Source: a virus
Lineage: Duplodnaviria > Caudoviricetes
DNA length: 59,090 nt
IMG/VR virus record: IMGVR_UViG_3300005581_000015
Span: 1 to 59,090 of that record
Reading direction: 5' to 3' (one strand)
Both the position numbers and the translations under genes were made by a program. This document shows, one piece after another, positions 27,422 through 37,823 of the stretch; the stretch's first letter is position 1; every line of letters begins with the position of its first letter. The notes under the pieces are model-generated. The model was not told the origin of the DNA, did no database searches, and was given only the letters and a program-made list of their open reading frames with translations.

Positions 27422-27517
27422 TAGTCTGTGTGTGCATTTTTGCCTAGTGTATTAGGCATCGTGTTCGTAAGAGCACACACAAAGGCTATATTAGGCATAT
27501 TTAAAGGAGAAATCATT

Positions 27518-28510
27518 ATGGCATCATTAGCAGACATTCGTGCAAAACTACAAGCCGCTGAAAGCAACAAAGGCGGCAACTCACAAACAGGTGGCGACAA
27601 CGCTATCTATCCACACTGGAACATCGACGAAGGTACAAGCGCATCAGTTCGCTTTTTACCCGATGGCAACTCAAAAAATACGTTCTTCTGGGTTGAACGT
27701 GCAATGATCAAACTTCCGTTTAACGGCATCAAGGGTGAATCTGAAAGCAAACAAGTTCAGGTACAAGTCCCTTGCGTTGAAATGTGGGGCGAGGCTTGCC
27801 CGGTCCTAGCAGAAGTGCGCACTTGGTTCAAAGACAAGAGCCTGGAAGACATGGGTCGCAAGTACTGGAAGAAACGTAGCTACGTGTTCCAAGGCTTTGT
27901 ACGTGAGAATCCTCTTGCTGACGACAAGTCACCAGAAAACCCAATTCGTAGATTCATTATTGGTCCACAAATTTTCCAGACTATCAAAGGCGCTTTGATG
28001 GATCCTGAGTTGGAAGAATCACCAACAGACTTGGTGCGTGGTTTAGATTTCCGTGTTACTAAAACCAGTAAAGGCGGATATGCTGACTACAGCACAAGTA
28101 AATGGGCACGTAAAGAAAGCCCGCTCACCGAAGCTGAAGCAATGGCACTTGAAAAGCATGGTTTGTATAACTTGAATGAGTTCTTGCCCAAGAAACCCGG
28201 CGCAGAAGAATTGCGTGTCATCAAAGAAATGTTTGAAGCCAGCGTAGATGGTCAACCATACGACACCGAGCGTTGGGGATCCTACTACCGTCCAGCTGGT
28301 GTAAGTGCACCTGCAGGTGGTTCAAGCAACAGCACATCAGCTCCAACACTCAAGGTGGCCACACCATCTCCAGTCACTGAAGATGACATCCCACCATTTG
28401 ATGTAGATGAACCAGCAGTGGCATCAACACCAGTTGCTAAACCAGCTGGCGACACTAAAAAAGCTGATGACATTTTGGCTATGATTCGAGCTCGACAAAA
28501 CAAGTCGTAA
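27518..28510 (+). CDS. Single-stranded DNA-binding protein (T4 gp32-like)
   Basis: AAGGAGA SD before ATG 27518; VRFLPDG, CVEMWGEACPV, YWKKRSY, GLDFRVTKTSKGGYADYSTSKW and a low-complexity acidic tail. Confidence 0.85.
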   Translation: MASLADIRAKLQAAESNKGGNSQTGGDNAIYPHWNIDEGTSASVRFLPDGNSKNTFFWVERAMIKLPFNGIKGESESKQVQVQVPCVEMWGEACPVLAEVRTWFKDKSLEDMGRKYWKKRSYVFQGFVRENPLADDKSPENPIRRFIIGPQIFQTIKGALMDPELEESPTDLVRGLDFRVTKTSKGGYADYSTSKWARKESPLTEAEAMALEKHGLYNLNEFLPKKPGAEELRVIKEMFEASVDGQPYDTERWGSYYRPAGVSAPAGGSSNSTSAPTLKVATPSPVTEDDIPPFDVDEPAVASTPVAKPAGDTKKADDILAMIRARQNKS

Positions 28511-28518
28511 TCTAATCA

Positions 28519-29178
28519 ATGTTGAGTCAAATTGATAAAACAATTTGTCCTGACAGTTGTGAGGTGGTAGAGATACCATCCTCACAACAACATGTGTTTT
28601 TAATTTTCAAAAATGCTAGTTCTTCTATACGTATGGAATGCGAACGCCAGTCAGGAAAACACTACAATGCCAGCAATGTAACAGAACTTGCAGACATTGA
28701 TGTTTATCTACGTCAGCCTCGTGCTAGATATGTGTCTGGAGTCAATACATTTTTACAAAATTTACTCAAAGAAAATTCCAAGTTAGATCGACAAACAATT
28801 TTGTTCTTTGTTAAACAATTTCATTTCTTAAATCGTCATTATCTTCCGCAGTTTCACTGGTTGTTGAACTTAAACAGATTTAACAATCATTGCAGATTGA
28901 CACTGCGCGATGTTGATACTGTTGCAACAATTACAGATTATTATGATCAGCCTGTTGAAATATTAGCTGATGATCATTTTGAAGATTTGTTACAAATTGA
29001 TAATCGGGTTGAGTTATGGTTTTTCTTAGATAACATACTTAGAGAATTAATTGGAAAAACGTTGACATTTGCAGAAATATTAGAATACATTAAACACACA
29101 CAGCCTGACACATTTGATATTATTTTCAAAGACCAATTAGCATTATTACAGCCAGCGTATGTATTGTCCAAGACTTGA
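28519..29178 (+). CDS. Sulfotransferase-like protein
   Basis: IFKNASSSI (5'-PSB-like), LRQPRARYVSG (3'-PB-like) and NRHYLPQ resemble Sulfotransfer_2 motifs. Confidence 0.5.
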   Translation: MLSQIDKTICPDSCEVVEIPSSQQHVFLIFKNASSSIRMECERQSGKHYNASNVTELADIDVYLRQPRARYVSGVNTFLQNLLKENSKLDRQTILFFVKQFHFLNRHYLPQFHWLLNLNRFNNHCRLTLRDVDTVATITDYYDQPVEILADDHFEDLLQIDNRVELWFFLDNILRELIGKTLTFAEILEYIKHTQPDTFDIIFKDQLALLQPAYVLSKT

Positions 29179-30178
29179 TCACTTTGCAAGACTTAATCCC
29201 GAAGGAAAGATTTCAAAGTGTGGTCACATGGTCAATGCACCATTGTTTAGATCATTCAATGAAATGCAATCTAGTCAATGGCTAGAATCGGTCAAGGAAC
29301 AACTTGATAATGAAGTATGGCCCAGCGAATGCGTTAGATGTCAGACAACTGAAGAAATCAACGAAGGTAGTGTTCGGTTACAAACTATTAGTAGACACAA
29401 CAACCTGCTAGTGCATAATCCCAATTATCTAATAATTGGCGGCGTCTTAGACAATGTATGTAATAGTGCATGCCAAAGTTGTAACAGTGATTTAAGCACA
29501 AAAATTGGTAGCTTAGAAAGTGGTAAAAATTATATACAGATCAACAACGTTGAATTGTTTAATCGATTGCCCAAAGACCAAATAGTGCAATTGGATATCA
29601 ATGGTGGGGAACCAACTGCAAGTCCAAATTATCAAGCATTGTTACAATCCTTGCCAGACTCTGTAAAATATGTTAGACTTAATACAAATGCATCCCGAGT
29701 ATTACCCAATATCGAAGAACTATTACACAAAGACGTTCACTTGACTGTGACTATAAGTTTAGACGGAGTTGGCAATGTGCACGATTATGTGCGTTGGCCA
29801 ATTAAGTGGACAACTTTCATAGAGACAGTACAATCATATAAACAACTAACAACTCAGTATTCAAATTTACATTTGGATTTTTGGACAACCATACATGCTT
29901 TAAATGTAGCTGACTTGGATAACATAATTCAATTTGCAAATAACACTGACATACTTTGGTTTTTTGGCGTGCTCGAAACACCCAGTGAGTTGAGTATCCG
30001 TAATACTAATTTGCTCACTTTGTCTGCAAAGAAAAAATTATCATTGTCCAACAACGAGATATGTAGTAAACTATGTAAATTAATTGCAACTGATAACACT
30101 AATCAATCTAACATTGACGAATTCATAAACAAACAAGATTCATTGCGAAACATCAACATTTTGCAGTATAATATTTAA
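29159..30178 (+). CDS. Radical SAM protein with N-terminal SPASM/twitch-like Cys cluster
   Basis: CNSACQSC (Cx3Cx2C), GGEP, NTN, ISLDG and YVRWP..W motifs; N-terminal C..C..CVRC. Confidence 0.9.
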   Translation: MYCPRLDHFARLNPEGKISKCGHMVNAPLFRSFNEMQSSQWLESVKEQLDNEVWPSECVRCQTTEEINEGSVRLQTISRHNNLLVHNPNYLIIGGVLDNVCNSACQSCNSDLSTKIGSLESGKNYIQINNVELFNRLPKDQIVQLDINGGEPTASPNYQALLQSLPDSVKYVRLNTNASRVLPNIEELLHKDVHLTVTISLDGVGNVHDYVRWPIKWTTFIETVQSYKQLTTQYSNLHLDFWTTIHALNVADLDNIIQFANNTDILWFFGVLETPSELSIRNTNLLTLSAKKKLSLSNNEICSKLCKLIATDNTNQSNIDEFINKQDSLRNINILQYNI

Positions 30179-30189
30179 AAGGAACTAAC

Positions 30190-31248
30190 ATGGCAAAGCC
30201 ATTTGATATATCAAAATTCCGCAAGGACATAACCAAAAGTATTGAAGGTCTAAGTATTGGATTTAACGATCCAACTGATTGGATCTCAACAGGCAACTTT
30301 GCCTTGAATTATCTTATTAGTGGAGACTTCAATCGAGGAATTCCTCTAGGCAAGATTACAGTGTTTGCTGGTGAGTCCGGCGCAGGCAAATCTTATATTT
30401 GTTCCGGCAACATTGTTAAGAATGCACAAGAGCAAGGCATTTTTGTTATATTAGTTGACACAGAAAACGCACTTGATGAAACATGGTTACATGCACTTGG
30501 CGTTGACACTGGCGCAGATAAGTTACTTAAACTGAACATGAGTATGATCGACGATGTGGCCAAGGCTATTTCAACATTTATGATTGACTACAAAGCATTA
30601 CCAGACGGCGAGCGTATGAAGGTACTGTGGGTTATTGACTCCTTGGGCATGTTGCTAACACCCACAGACGTTAATCAATTTGAAGCAGGCGATATGAAAG
30701 GCGACATGGGTCGTAAGCCCAAGGCTCTTACAAGTCTTGTTCGTAATTCAGTTAATATGTTTGGTGGCTTTAATGTTGGAATGGTATGTACCAACCACAC
30801 ATACGCAAGTCAAGACATGTTTGACCCGGATGACAAGATCAGCGGCGGCCAAGGTTTTATCTATGCATCAAGTATTGTAGTAGCCATGAAGAAAATGAAA
30901 CTCAAAGAAGACGAAGATGGCAATAAGATTACTGAAGTTATGGGTATCCGGGCCGGCTGTAAAGTAATGAAAACACGCTATGCTAAACCCTTTGAAGGTA
31001 TGCAGGTTAAAATTCCGTATGAAACAGGTATGAACCCTTACTCAGGACTCACAGATTTGGCTGAAAAGAAAGGCCTACTCAAGAAGGATGGCAATCGATT
31101 AATGTTTGTCACCAGTGATGGCGAGATAATTAAACAGTTCCGCAAGGCCTGGGAATTAAATGAAGACGGGTGTCTAGACAAAGTTATGTTAGACTTTAAA
31201 AATCAAAAAGAAACAGCAAATACAGCTGAATCAGCGAATGAGGAATAA
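30190..31248 (+). CDS. uvsX: RecA-like recombinase UvsX
   Basis: ISTGN.ALN..ISG, GESGAGKS, VDTENA, VIDSLG, NHTY and SGG.G..YASS motifs. Confidence 0.92.
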   Translation: MAKPFDISKFRKDITKSIEGLSIGFNDPTDWISTGNFALNYLISGDFNRGIPLGKITVFAGESGAGKSYICSGNIVKNAQEQGIFVILVDTENALDETWLHALGVDTGADKLLKLNMSMIDDVAKAISTFMIDYKALPDGERMKVLWVIDSLGMLLTPTDVNQFEAGDMKGDMGRKPKALTSLVRNSVNMFGGFNVGMVCTNHTYASQDMFDPDDKISGGQGFIYASSIVVAMKKMKLKEDEDGNKITEVMGIRAGCKVMKTRYAKPFEGMQVKIPYETGMNPYSGLTDLAEKKGLLKKDGNRLMFVTSDGEIIKQFRKAWELNEDGCLDKVMLDFKNQKETANTAESANEE

Positions 31249-31251
31249 TTT

Positions 31252-31503
31252 ATGAGTATTGAAGTATTGTCGGCAGCATGGGCCGAATTAAAGCGTTATA
31301 TTAATGTAGTCGATCGAATTGAAGCCGCTGAAACATTCATTAATGTCATGGTTGATAACGACATTACCCCAGATGACATACGGGATGAATTCAAAGGCGA
31401 CACTGACATTAAAAAAGCATTGGTATCGTACCTTGGTGAAGAAGATGATGTTGAAATTGAAGAAGATGAAGACTACGAAGACTTTGAAGATAACGACGAA
31501 TAA
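31252..31503 (+). CDS. Small acidic hypothetical protein
   Basis: GAGGA SD; D/E-rich C-terminus; lies between uvsX and uvsY. Confidence 0.7.
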   Translation: MSIEVLSAAWAELKRYINVVDRIEAAETFINVMVDNDITPDDIRDEFKGDTDIKKALVSYLGEEDDVEIEEDEDYEDFEDNDE

Positions 31504-31508
31504 TAATT

Positions 31509-31961
31509 ATGTGGTATTCTCGTGTCACACAAGATTTAGGAGTTCTCCCTGATTTCATATCGCACTATGAACATGAGCTCATCGATGCTAAAAAAGAATG
31601 TCGTATTGGCGGCATTGTTGAAAAAAATATCACGGCACTACCAGGCATAACCGAACAACGTTTTAGTCAACTACAAGAAATTGAAGCGGTGCTTAATTTT
31701 CTTAATATCCAATTACGTAAGATTCGACGTAGACACTTTCAAAAGTATTTAGAAGGGTATGCAAGGACATTAACTAGTAGAGATGCTGAAAAATATGTTG
31801 ACGGTGAAGATGAAGTAATTGACTTTGAAACATTAATCAACGAAGTTGCGTTATTGCGCAATAAATGGTTGAGCATTATGAAAGGCCTTGACACCAAGCA
31901 ATGGCAAATGGGCCATATTGTTCGTTTACGTACTGCAGGAATGGAAGATATACAAGTATGA
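31509..31961 (+). CDS. uvsY: Recombination mediator UvsY-like protein
   Basis: Helical ~150 aa protein with EKYVDGEDE and KGLD.KQWQM; position after uvsX. Confidence 0.7.
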   Translation: MWYSRVTQDLGVLPDFISHYEHELIDAKKECRIGGIVEKNITALPGITEQRFSQLQEIEAVLNFLNIQLRKIRRRHFQKYLEGYARTLTSRDAEKYVDGEDEVIDFETLINEVALLRNKWLSIMKGLDTKQWQMGHIVRLRTAGMEDIQV

Positions 31962-32707
31962 AGTTAATTCTCGGGCCTTGTGCCATTGAAAGTTGGGAAC
32001 ATGCCAAGCTCATGGTAAATTTGATATTGGAATCTATTCAAGATTTTGATGTGGACTTTTACTATAAAAGCAGTTTTGATAAAGCCAATAGATCTAGTCT
32101 TGACAGCGGTCGAGGCGTGGGATTAGAGCAAGGCGCTGAAATTCTACAACGTGTTCGGGAAGATTTTAAAGTTAAAACGTTGACTGATGTTCACGAAACT
32201 TGGCAGTGCGATCGCCTCAAAAGAGCAGTAGATGTATTACAGATCCCTGCTTTTCTTTGTAGACAAACTGATCTTTTATTAGCTGCCGGTGAAGCAACAC
32301 ACAGTGTTAATGTAAAAAAAGGACAGTTTCTTGCCCCCTGGGATATGAAAAATGTCGTAGACAAACTACCAAACAACGATGTTTGGATCACAGAGCGAGG
32401 AACTAGTTTTGGCTATAATACTTTGGTGGTAGACTATCGTGGTCTAGTAACCATGGCTGAGTGGGGCCGCCCAGTTATTTTTGATGCCACCCACAGTGTT
32501 CAACAACCGGGTGGCCTGGGTAAATCTTCAGGTGGTCAGAGACAATTTGTGGAACCTTTGGCACAAGCAGCCGTGGCAGTTGGCGTAGATGGACTATTCA
32601 TTGAGACACACGACTGCCCCGACCGTGCCCCTAGCGACGGTCCAAATCAAATTCCTGTAACAGAATTAAAAAAAATATTGCAGAATATTTTAAAATTTAA
32701 CAAATGA
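31958..32707 (+). CDS. kdsA: 3-deoxy-D-manno-octulosonate 8-phosphate (KDO8P) synthase
   Basis: GPCAIES, KSSFDKANRSS, TDVHE, QIPAFLCRQTDLL, NVKKGQFLAP, ERGTSFGY, FDATHSVQQPGG and SDGP motifs; ATGA overlap with uvsY. Confidence 0.95.
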   Translation: MKLILGPCAIESWEHAKLMVNLILESIQDFDVDFYYKSSFDKANRSSLDSGRGVGLEQGAEILQRVREDFKVKTLTDVHETWQCDRLKRAVDVLQIPAFLCRQTDLLLAAGEATHSVNVKKGQFLAPWDMKNVVDKLPNNDVWITERGTSFGYNTLVVDYRGLVTMAEWGRPVIFDATHSVQQPGGLGKSSGGQRQFVEPLAQAAVAVGVDGLFIETHDCPDRAPSDGPNQIPVTELKKILQNILKFNK

Positions 32708-32717
32708 AAGAACAAGT

Positions 32718-33818
32718 ATGAGTTATCTATTTACAAGTGAAAGTGTGTCGGAAGGACATCCAGACAAAGTAGCAGACGCTATCAGTGATGCTGTGCTAGA
32801 TTTGTTTATGGCACAAAAAAACCCAGCACTACGTTGTGCCTGTGAGACATTGGTTACTACTAATAGGGTTGTGGTAGCTGGAGAGTACAAAGGCATGGTG
32901 CCCACCGACGCAATCAATGCAGCCATTAGGCGTGTTATCCGTGATGTGGGCTACGAACAAACGGGATTCAACTGGGGCACTGTAGAAATTATCAACTTGT
33001 TGCACGGACAAAGTGCAGACATTGCGTTAGGCACAGATAACTTTGGTGCTGGAGACCAAGGATTGATGTTTGGATATGCTTGCAACGAAACTGATGTGCA
33101 CATGCCCAATGCAATCTATTGGAGCCATAGAATTGTTGAAGAACTTGCTAAAATTCGCAAAGCAGGCACAGTAGTTTGGCTAGAGCCAGATGCCAAGAGT
33201 CAAGTTACATTTGAATACAATGATGATGGTACACCGCGCCGTATTGCCAAAGTTGTTTGTAGTACACAACATGCAGAAAGTGCAAGTATTGAACAAGTTC
33301 GAATGGTGGTAGAAAACATTATTCGCGGAGTTTTACCTGAAAGGTTTGTAGACAGTGATACTGAATTTTTTATTAATCCTACTGGCAGGTTTGTTATTGG
33401 CGGACCTGATGGCGATACAGGTCTTACCGGTCGCAAGATTATTGTTGATACTTACGGCGGCTATAGTCCTCATGGAGGTGGTGCTTTTTCCGGCAAGGAT
33501 CCTACTAAGGTAGATCGCAGTGCTGCCTATATGATGCGATACATTGCCAAGAACATTGTAGCAAGTGATCGAGCTAACTGGGCCACAGTGCAGATCAGTT
33601 ACGCAATTGGACTAGCACAGCCCATGAGTTTCTACGTGGAAACAGCAGATGCTCAGCAAGGGCGTGACCTAACTAAGTGGATTACGGACAATGTCGACTT
33701 GACACCCAAGGGCATTATTGATCGCTTTGACTTATTCCGCCCCATCTACAGCGCAACAACCAACTATGGGCATTTTGGCAAAGCAAACATGCCCTGGGAA
33801 AAACTAGACCTGTTCTAA
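32718..33818 (+). CDS. metK: S-adenosylmethionine synthetase
   Basis: FTSESVSEGHPDK, GAGDQG, DAKSQVT, GGPDGDTGLTGRKIIVDTYGG and GGGAFSGKDPTKVDRS motifs. Confidence 0.97.
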   Translation: MSYLFTSESVSEGHPDKVADAISDAVLDLFMAQKNPALRCACETLVTTNRVVVAGEYKGMVPTDAINAAIRRVIRDVGYEQTGFNWGTVEIINLLHGQSADIALGTDNFGAGDQGLMFGYACNETDVHMPNAIYWSHRIVEELAKIRKAGTVVWLEPDAKSQVTFEYNDDGTPRRIAKVVCSTQHAESASIEQVRMVVENIIRGVLPERFVDSDTEFFINPTGRFVIGGPDGDTGLTGRKIIVDTYGGYSPHGGGAFSGKDPTKVDRSAAYMMRYIAKNIVASDRANWATVQISYAIGLAQPMSFYVETADAQQGRDLTKWITDNVDLTPKGIIDRFDLFRPIYSATTNYGHFGKANMPWEKLDLF

Positions 33819-33837
33819 ATCATGTTTAAATACAAGC

Positions 33838-34596
33838 ATGAAAATTGTTATAGTTACCGGCGGGTTTGACCCCGTACATTCAGGACACATATCCTATCTT
33901 AATCACGCAGATCATTTAGGTGATCACTTGGTTGTAGGGTTAAATTCAGACGCTTGGCTTGCCCGTAAAAAAGGTCGACCTTTTATGCCTTGGCGAGAGC
34001 GTATGGTTGTATTAGGCAACCTTCACATGGTGGACGACGTCATTGATTTTGACGACAGCGATGGCACAGCTTGTGATGCTATCCGTCGAGTTCAAGAAAA
34101 ATATCCCAACGATGAAATCATCTTTGCCAACGGTGGCGACCGCACCAAAGAAAATATTCCAGAAATGGCATTTGAAGATGTGGAGTTTGTGTTTGGCGTT
34201 GGCGGCGAGAACAAAGCAAACTCTAGTAGCTGGATACTAGATGAGTGGAAAGCACCCAAGACCGAACGTGCCTGGGGATATTACCGCGTCTTACATGAAG
34301 TGGGTAATCACGTCAAACTCAAAGAACTCACAGTGGCACCCAAAACATGTTTGAGTATGCAACGCCATGATAGTCGTGCAGAATTTTGGTTTGTAGCCGA
34401 AGGTGAAGCCACAGTGTACACTGTTGATCCAAAAAGTACAGACCACGACATACTAGCTACTCCAGCTAAACACCAAAGCACATGGATACAACTTAATCAA
34501 TGGCATCAGTTGTGTAATGAAACTGATAGCCCACTGAAATTAATAGAAATTCAATACGGTGATAAATGTATTGAAGAGGATATACAACGACTATGA
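33838..34596 (+). CDS. Cytidylyltransferase-family (HIGH-type) nucleotidyltransferase fused to a ManC/PMI-type cupin
   Basis: TGGFDPVHSGH, VVGLNSD, FANGGDR; then ERAWG.Y, LSMQRH..RAEFW, WHQL.N and IEIQYG..C.EEDI.R. Confidence 0.85.
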   Translation: MKIVIVTGGFDPVHSGHISYLNHADHLGDHLVVGLNSDAWLARKKGRPFMPWRERMVVLGNLHMVDDVIDFDDSDGTACDAIRRVQEKYPNDEIIFANGGDRTKENIPEMAFEDVEFVFGVGGENKANSSSWILDEWKAPKTERAWGYYRVLHEVGNHVKLKELTVAPKTCLSMQRHDSRAEFWFVAEGEATVYTVDPKSTDHDILATPAKHQSTWIQLNQWHQLCNETDSPLKLIEIQYGDKCIEEDIQRL

Positions 34597-35270
34597 TTCC
34601 AATTTTTATAGGCTATGACCCTAGAGAAGCAATTGCCTTCCACACCTGTGCCAACAGTATTATCAGACATGCAACACAGCCTGTACAAATTATTCCTCTG
34701 GCTTTAAATCTATTCAAAGACTACAAAGAAACACACACTGACGGTAGTAATCAATTTATCTACAGCCGTTTCCTTGTGCCACATTTAATGAAATTCAATG
34801 GATGGGCAATATTCATTGACGGCGATATGATAGTGCGTGATGATATTACCAAGTTATGGGAATTACAAAATCCTTATATGGATGTGTTGGTAGTTAAGCA
34901 CGATTATAAAACAAAGATGACTGAAAAGTATCTTGGCGCAAAGAATGAAGACTACCCACGTAAGAATTGGAGCAGTGTAATTCTTTGGAATTGTAACAGC
35001 TTCCCTAATCGCAAGTTAACACCAGAATTTGTACAAAAAGCCACAGGTGCAGAACTGCATCGGTTTACCTGGATAGACAACGAACGTCTTGGCGAATTGC
35101 CCATTGAATGGAATTGGCTGCCAGATGAATTTGGTGAAAACCTTGATGCTAAACTATTGCATTATACGTTGGGTGCACCCTGCTTCCATGAGTTTGCCAA
35201 CACCCCGCAAGGCGGTGAATGGCACCGGGAACGAATGTTAGCTGAATATTGCCTACAACGAGGCATTTAA
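34593..35270 (+). CDS. GT-A glycosyltransferase (GT8-like)
   Basis: IFIGYDPRE, SRFLVP, FIDGDM (DxD), YPRKNWSSV, EWNWL and LLHYTLG.P motifs. Confidence 0.8.
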   Translation: MIPIFIGYDPREAIAFHTCANSIIRHATQPVQIIPLALNLFKDYKETHTDGSNQFIYSRFLVPHLMKFNGWAIFIDGDMIVRDDITKLWELQNPYMDVLVVKHDYKTKMTEKYLGAKNEDYPRKNWSSVILWNCNSFPNRKLTPEFVQKATGAELHRFTWIDNERLGELPIEWNWLPDEFGENLDAKLLHYTLGAPCFHEFANTPQGGEWHRERMLAEYCLQRGI

Positions 35271-36928
35271 TGCTTAAAGTTTTTATTGGGCACGATAGTC
35301 GAGATCAGCAAGCTGCCGAGGTATGCAAGTACAGTATTTTAAAATATGCCAGCATTGAGGTTGAAGTTCATTTTTTAAATGAAGAAGAATTACGACTAAG
35401 ATCTCTGTTTACACGCATGCCCGACCATGAAGATTTTGAAACCAAAGAAGCTGAACATCTGTATACTAGATTTTTAGTTCCGCATTTTTGTGGGTATACC
35501 GGATGGGCAGTATATGTTGACTGTGATTTTTTGTTCATCGACGACATTGCAAAATTATTTAAATTGCGGAATGATCGTTATGCAGTTCAATTAGTAAAAC
35601 ACAAGTTTGACACATCTGTCAGAAAGAAATTCAATAATAGACCACAAAGGTTATATCCAAGAAAAAATTGGACCAGCATGATGTTGATAAACTGTGAGCA
35701 CCCAGAAATTAGTAAACTCACTGTGGATTTTGTTAACAATGAACCCAAGGATAATCTCATACAATTGGAATGGCTACCAAATCGAAGCATCGGCGAGTTA
35801 AAACCTGAATGGAATTGGCTAGTGGGTTGGCACAAGGAACCCATTAACGGAGAACCTCGAGCACTACATTACACCGAGGGTGGCCCGTGGTTGCCTGCAG
35901 CCAAGCATGTTGAGTATGGAGTTTTTTGGTGGAAGTTACAGCAAGAAATGGAGCAGGCCGCTTATGTACCACCAGATGTAACACAACCTGAATCAATACT
36001 TCCGGAACTAAAATCAATATATGAAAAACTAGTGTATTATCGTGTAGACCCAGCTGGCAAGTACTACAATATAACCAAACAAGATATTATCAACGATATA
36101 GATAATTTAAACAATAATGCTGTGTATGCAGTAGAGGCTGAATTTATGGATGAAACCAACAATAAACATGAAAATAAAGGTCATCAATACGACCCTTTCT
36201 TACAAAGTTTTATATTAGGATCCGGGGGTCAGATAACAGTCTGGGACAAAGTTAAAGCAAGTATGGTACCAGTTGTACTCAGGGGTGTAACAAAACGCAA
36301 ACAAATGAAAGCCTGTCGGGAAGCCAATAGAGACTTTTATTATATCGATACTGGATATTTTGGTAATGGTCGTAAAAAACTCTATCACAGAATTACAAAA
36401 AACGACATGCAAAATATAGGGCCAGTAATCCACAGACCTCGAGACCGATTATCAGTCACTGGTTATCAAGCACGTAAATTCAAGCTAGGCGGAAAGATTT
36501 TATTAGCACCGCCCAGTCAAAAGTTGTTGCAGTGTTATGATTTAGATTTAGAATCCTGGATTACACGCACAAAACAAGAAATTGGATTGTATACCGACCG
36601 CGAAATAATTGTACGTGAAAAACAAGGACGCAGTGTGCGAGTGACCACAGACACCATGGAAATGGCGCTGGACAAAGACATTTATTGTTTGGTGACATTT
36701 TCAAGTATTGCTGCCGTGGAAGCAGTGATGTTGGGTAAGCCGGCGATTGTACTTGGCCCCAGTGCCGCATACAGTGTGTGCAGTGATTCGTTGGAAGAAA
36801 TTGAAAAGCTGTATATTCCCACACTTGATGAAGTGGAAGAATGGGCCGCACATTTGGCTTATTGCCAATTCACTGAGGTTGAAATGCGTGATGGTACCGC
36901 TTGGAAGATTCTAAACCAAGATGCATGA
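35270..36928 (+). CDS. Fusion of GT8-like glycosyltransferase and KpsS/KpsC-like (capsule synthesis, GT-B) domain
   Basis: N-half is paralogous to 34593 (VDCDF, YPRKNW, LHYTEGGPW); C-half has YIDTGYFG, ILLAPPS and LVTFSSIAAVEAVMLGKP. Confidence 0.7.
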   Translation: MLKVFIGHDSRDQQAAEVCKYSILKYASIEVEVHFLNEEELRLRSLFTRMPDHEDFETKEAEHLYTRFLVPHFCGYTGWAVYVDCDFLFIDDIAKLFKLRNDRYAVQLVKHKFDTSVRKKFNNRPQRLYPRKNWTSMMLINCEHPEISKLTVDFVNNEPKDNLIQLEWLPNRSIGELKPEWNWLVGWHKEPINGEPRALHYTEGGPWLPAAKHVEYGVFWWKLQQEMEQAAYVPPDVTQPESILPELKSIYEKLVYYRVDPAGKYYNITKQDIINDIDNLNNNAVYAVEAEFMDETNNKHENKGHQYDPFLQSFILGSGGQITVWDKVKASMVPVVLRGVTKRKQMKACREANRDFYYIDTGYFGNGRKKLYHRITKNDMQNIGPVIHRPRDRLSVTGYQARKFKLGGKILLAPPSQKLLQCYDLDLESWITRTKQEIGLYTDREIIVREKQGRSVRVTTDTMEMALDKDIYCLVTFSSIAAVEAVMLGKPAIVLGPSAAYSVCSDSLEEIEKLYIPTLDEVEEWAAHLAYCQFTEVEMRDGTAWKILNQDA

Positions 36929-37823
36929 CGTAATTGTTTATACTGGTAGCCTTAAAGACCAACGTTCTAGTAGGAAGCTGGATGTGTTATTGGCCTTTGC
37001 TGACGGTGCAAAGGCCCAAGGTGCCAATGTTCTTGTTGAACGCAACCATGTCTGGCAACCTTCTAAATTAGCAGTTATATTGGGTTGGCCTAGCCCGGAA
37101 CAAAAAGGCGCCAACATTAGATTCAGAGCCGCAGTTGTAGAAAATCAACAAAGATTTAAACAACATGTCATGGCCATAGATGCTGGGTGTTTTAAATTCC
37201 ATGATCCAGACAGCAAATATTTACGGTACAGTATCAATGGAGTATTTTATGATCGCAGTGAATACGCTAATACTGATAGTGGGCCAGAACGATGGAATCT
37301 GATTAGCCAAGAATTAAATCTTGACATAAATCCATGGAGAGCGAACAAGGGCAATCATATTTTGATGTTATTACAGCGTGATGGCGGTTGGAGTATGAAG
37401 GGTATGCACCCAGTAGAATGGGCACAACAAAAGATTCAACAGGTCAAAGCATTGACTAACATGCCAATTATCTTGAGACCTCACCCAGGCAAAGTTGCCG
37501 ACGTGCGTGATTTATGTGATCGACAGGTGTCAGTTAGTGATAGCATACGAACTCCGTTGCAACATGATTTAAAACGTGCCCGGGCCGCACTAGTGTTTAA
37601 TAGTAGCAGTGGTGTTGCAGCCATTTTAAATGGCGTGCCGTTGTTTGTTGATGACAGTAGTTCTGTGTGTTGGAATGTTGCCAACCATGACTTGAATCAA
37701 TTGTTGACTCCTAGTTGTGTTGATAGAAGTCAATGGATTTACAATCTAGCGGCTGCACACTGGAGCGATGATGAAGCCCGCAGTGGTGCTATATATCAAA
37801 AATTCCTGCCTTACCTGGCTTGA
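36921..37823 (+). CDS. KpsS/KpsC-like glycosyltransferase
   Basis: ILMLLQRDGG, IILRPHPG and LVFNSSSGVAAILNGVP match the QxxxD/HP/T-S-S pattern of the capsule beta-Kdo transferase family. Confidence 0.6.
   Translation: MHDVIVYTGSLKDQRSSRKLDVLLAFADGAKAQGANVLVERNHVWQPSKLAVILGWPSPEQKGANIRFRAAVVENQQRFKQHVMAIDAGCFKFHDPDSKYLRYSINGVFYDRSEYANTDSGPERWNLISQELNLDINPWRANKGNHILMLLQRDGGWSMKGMHPVEWAQQKIQQVKALTNMPIILRPHPGKVADVRDLCDRQVSVSDSIRTPLQHDLKRARAALVFNSSSGVAAILNGVPLFVDDSSSVCWNVANHDLNQLLTPSCVDRSQWIYNLAAAHWSDDEARSGAIYQKFLPYLA

Noticed and set aside
27428-27517. N-terminal extension of the SSB given by the ORF track
   Set aside because: The strong AAGGAGA SD precedes ATG 27518 and the upstream region looks like a structured leader.
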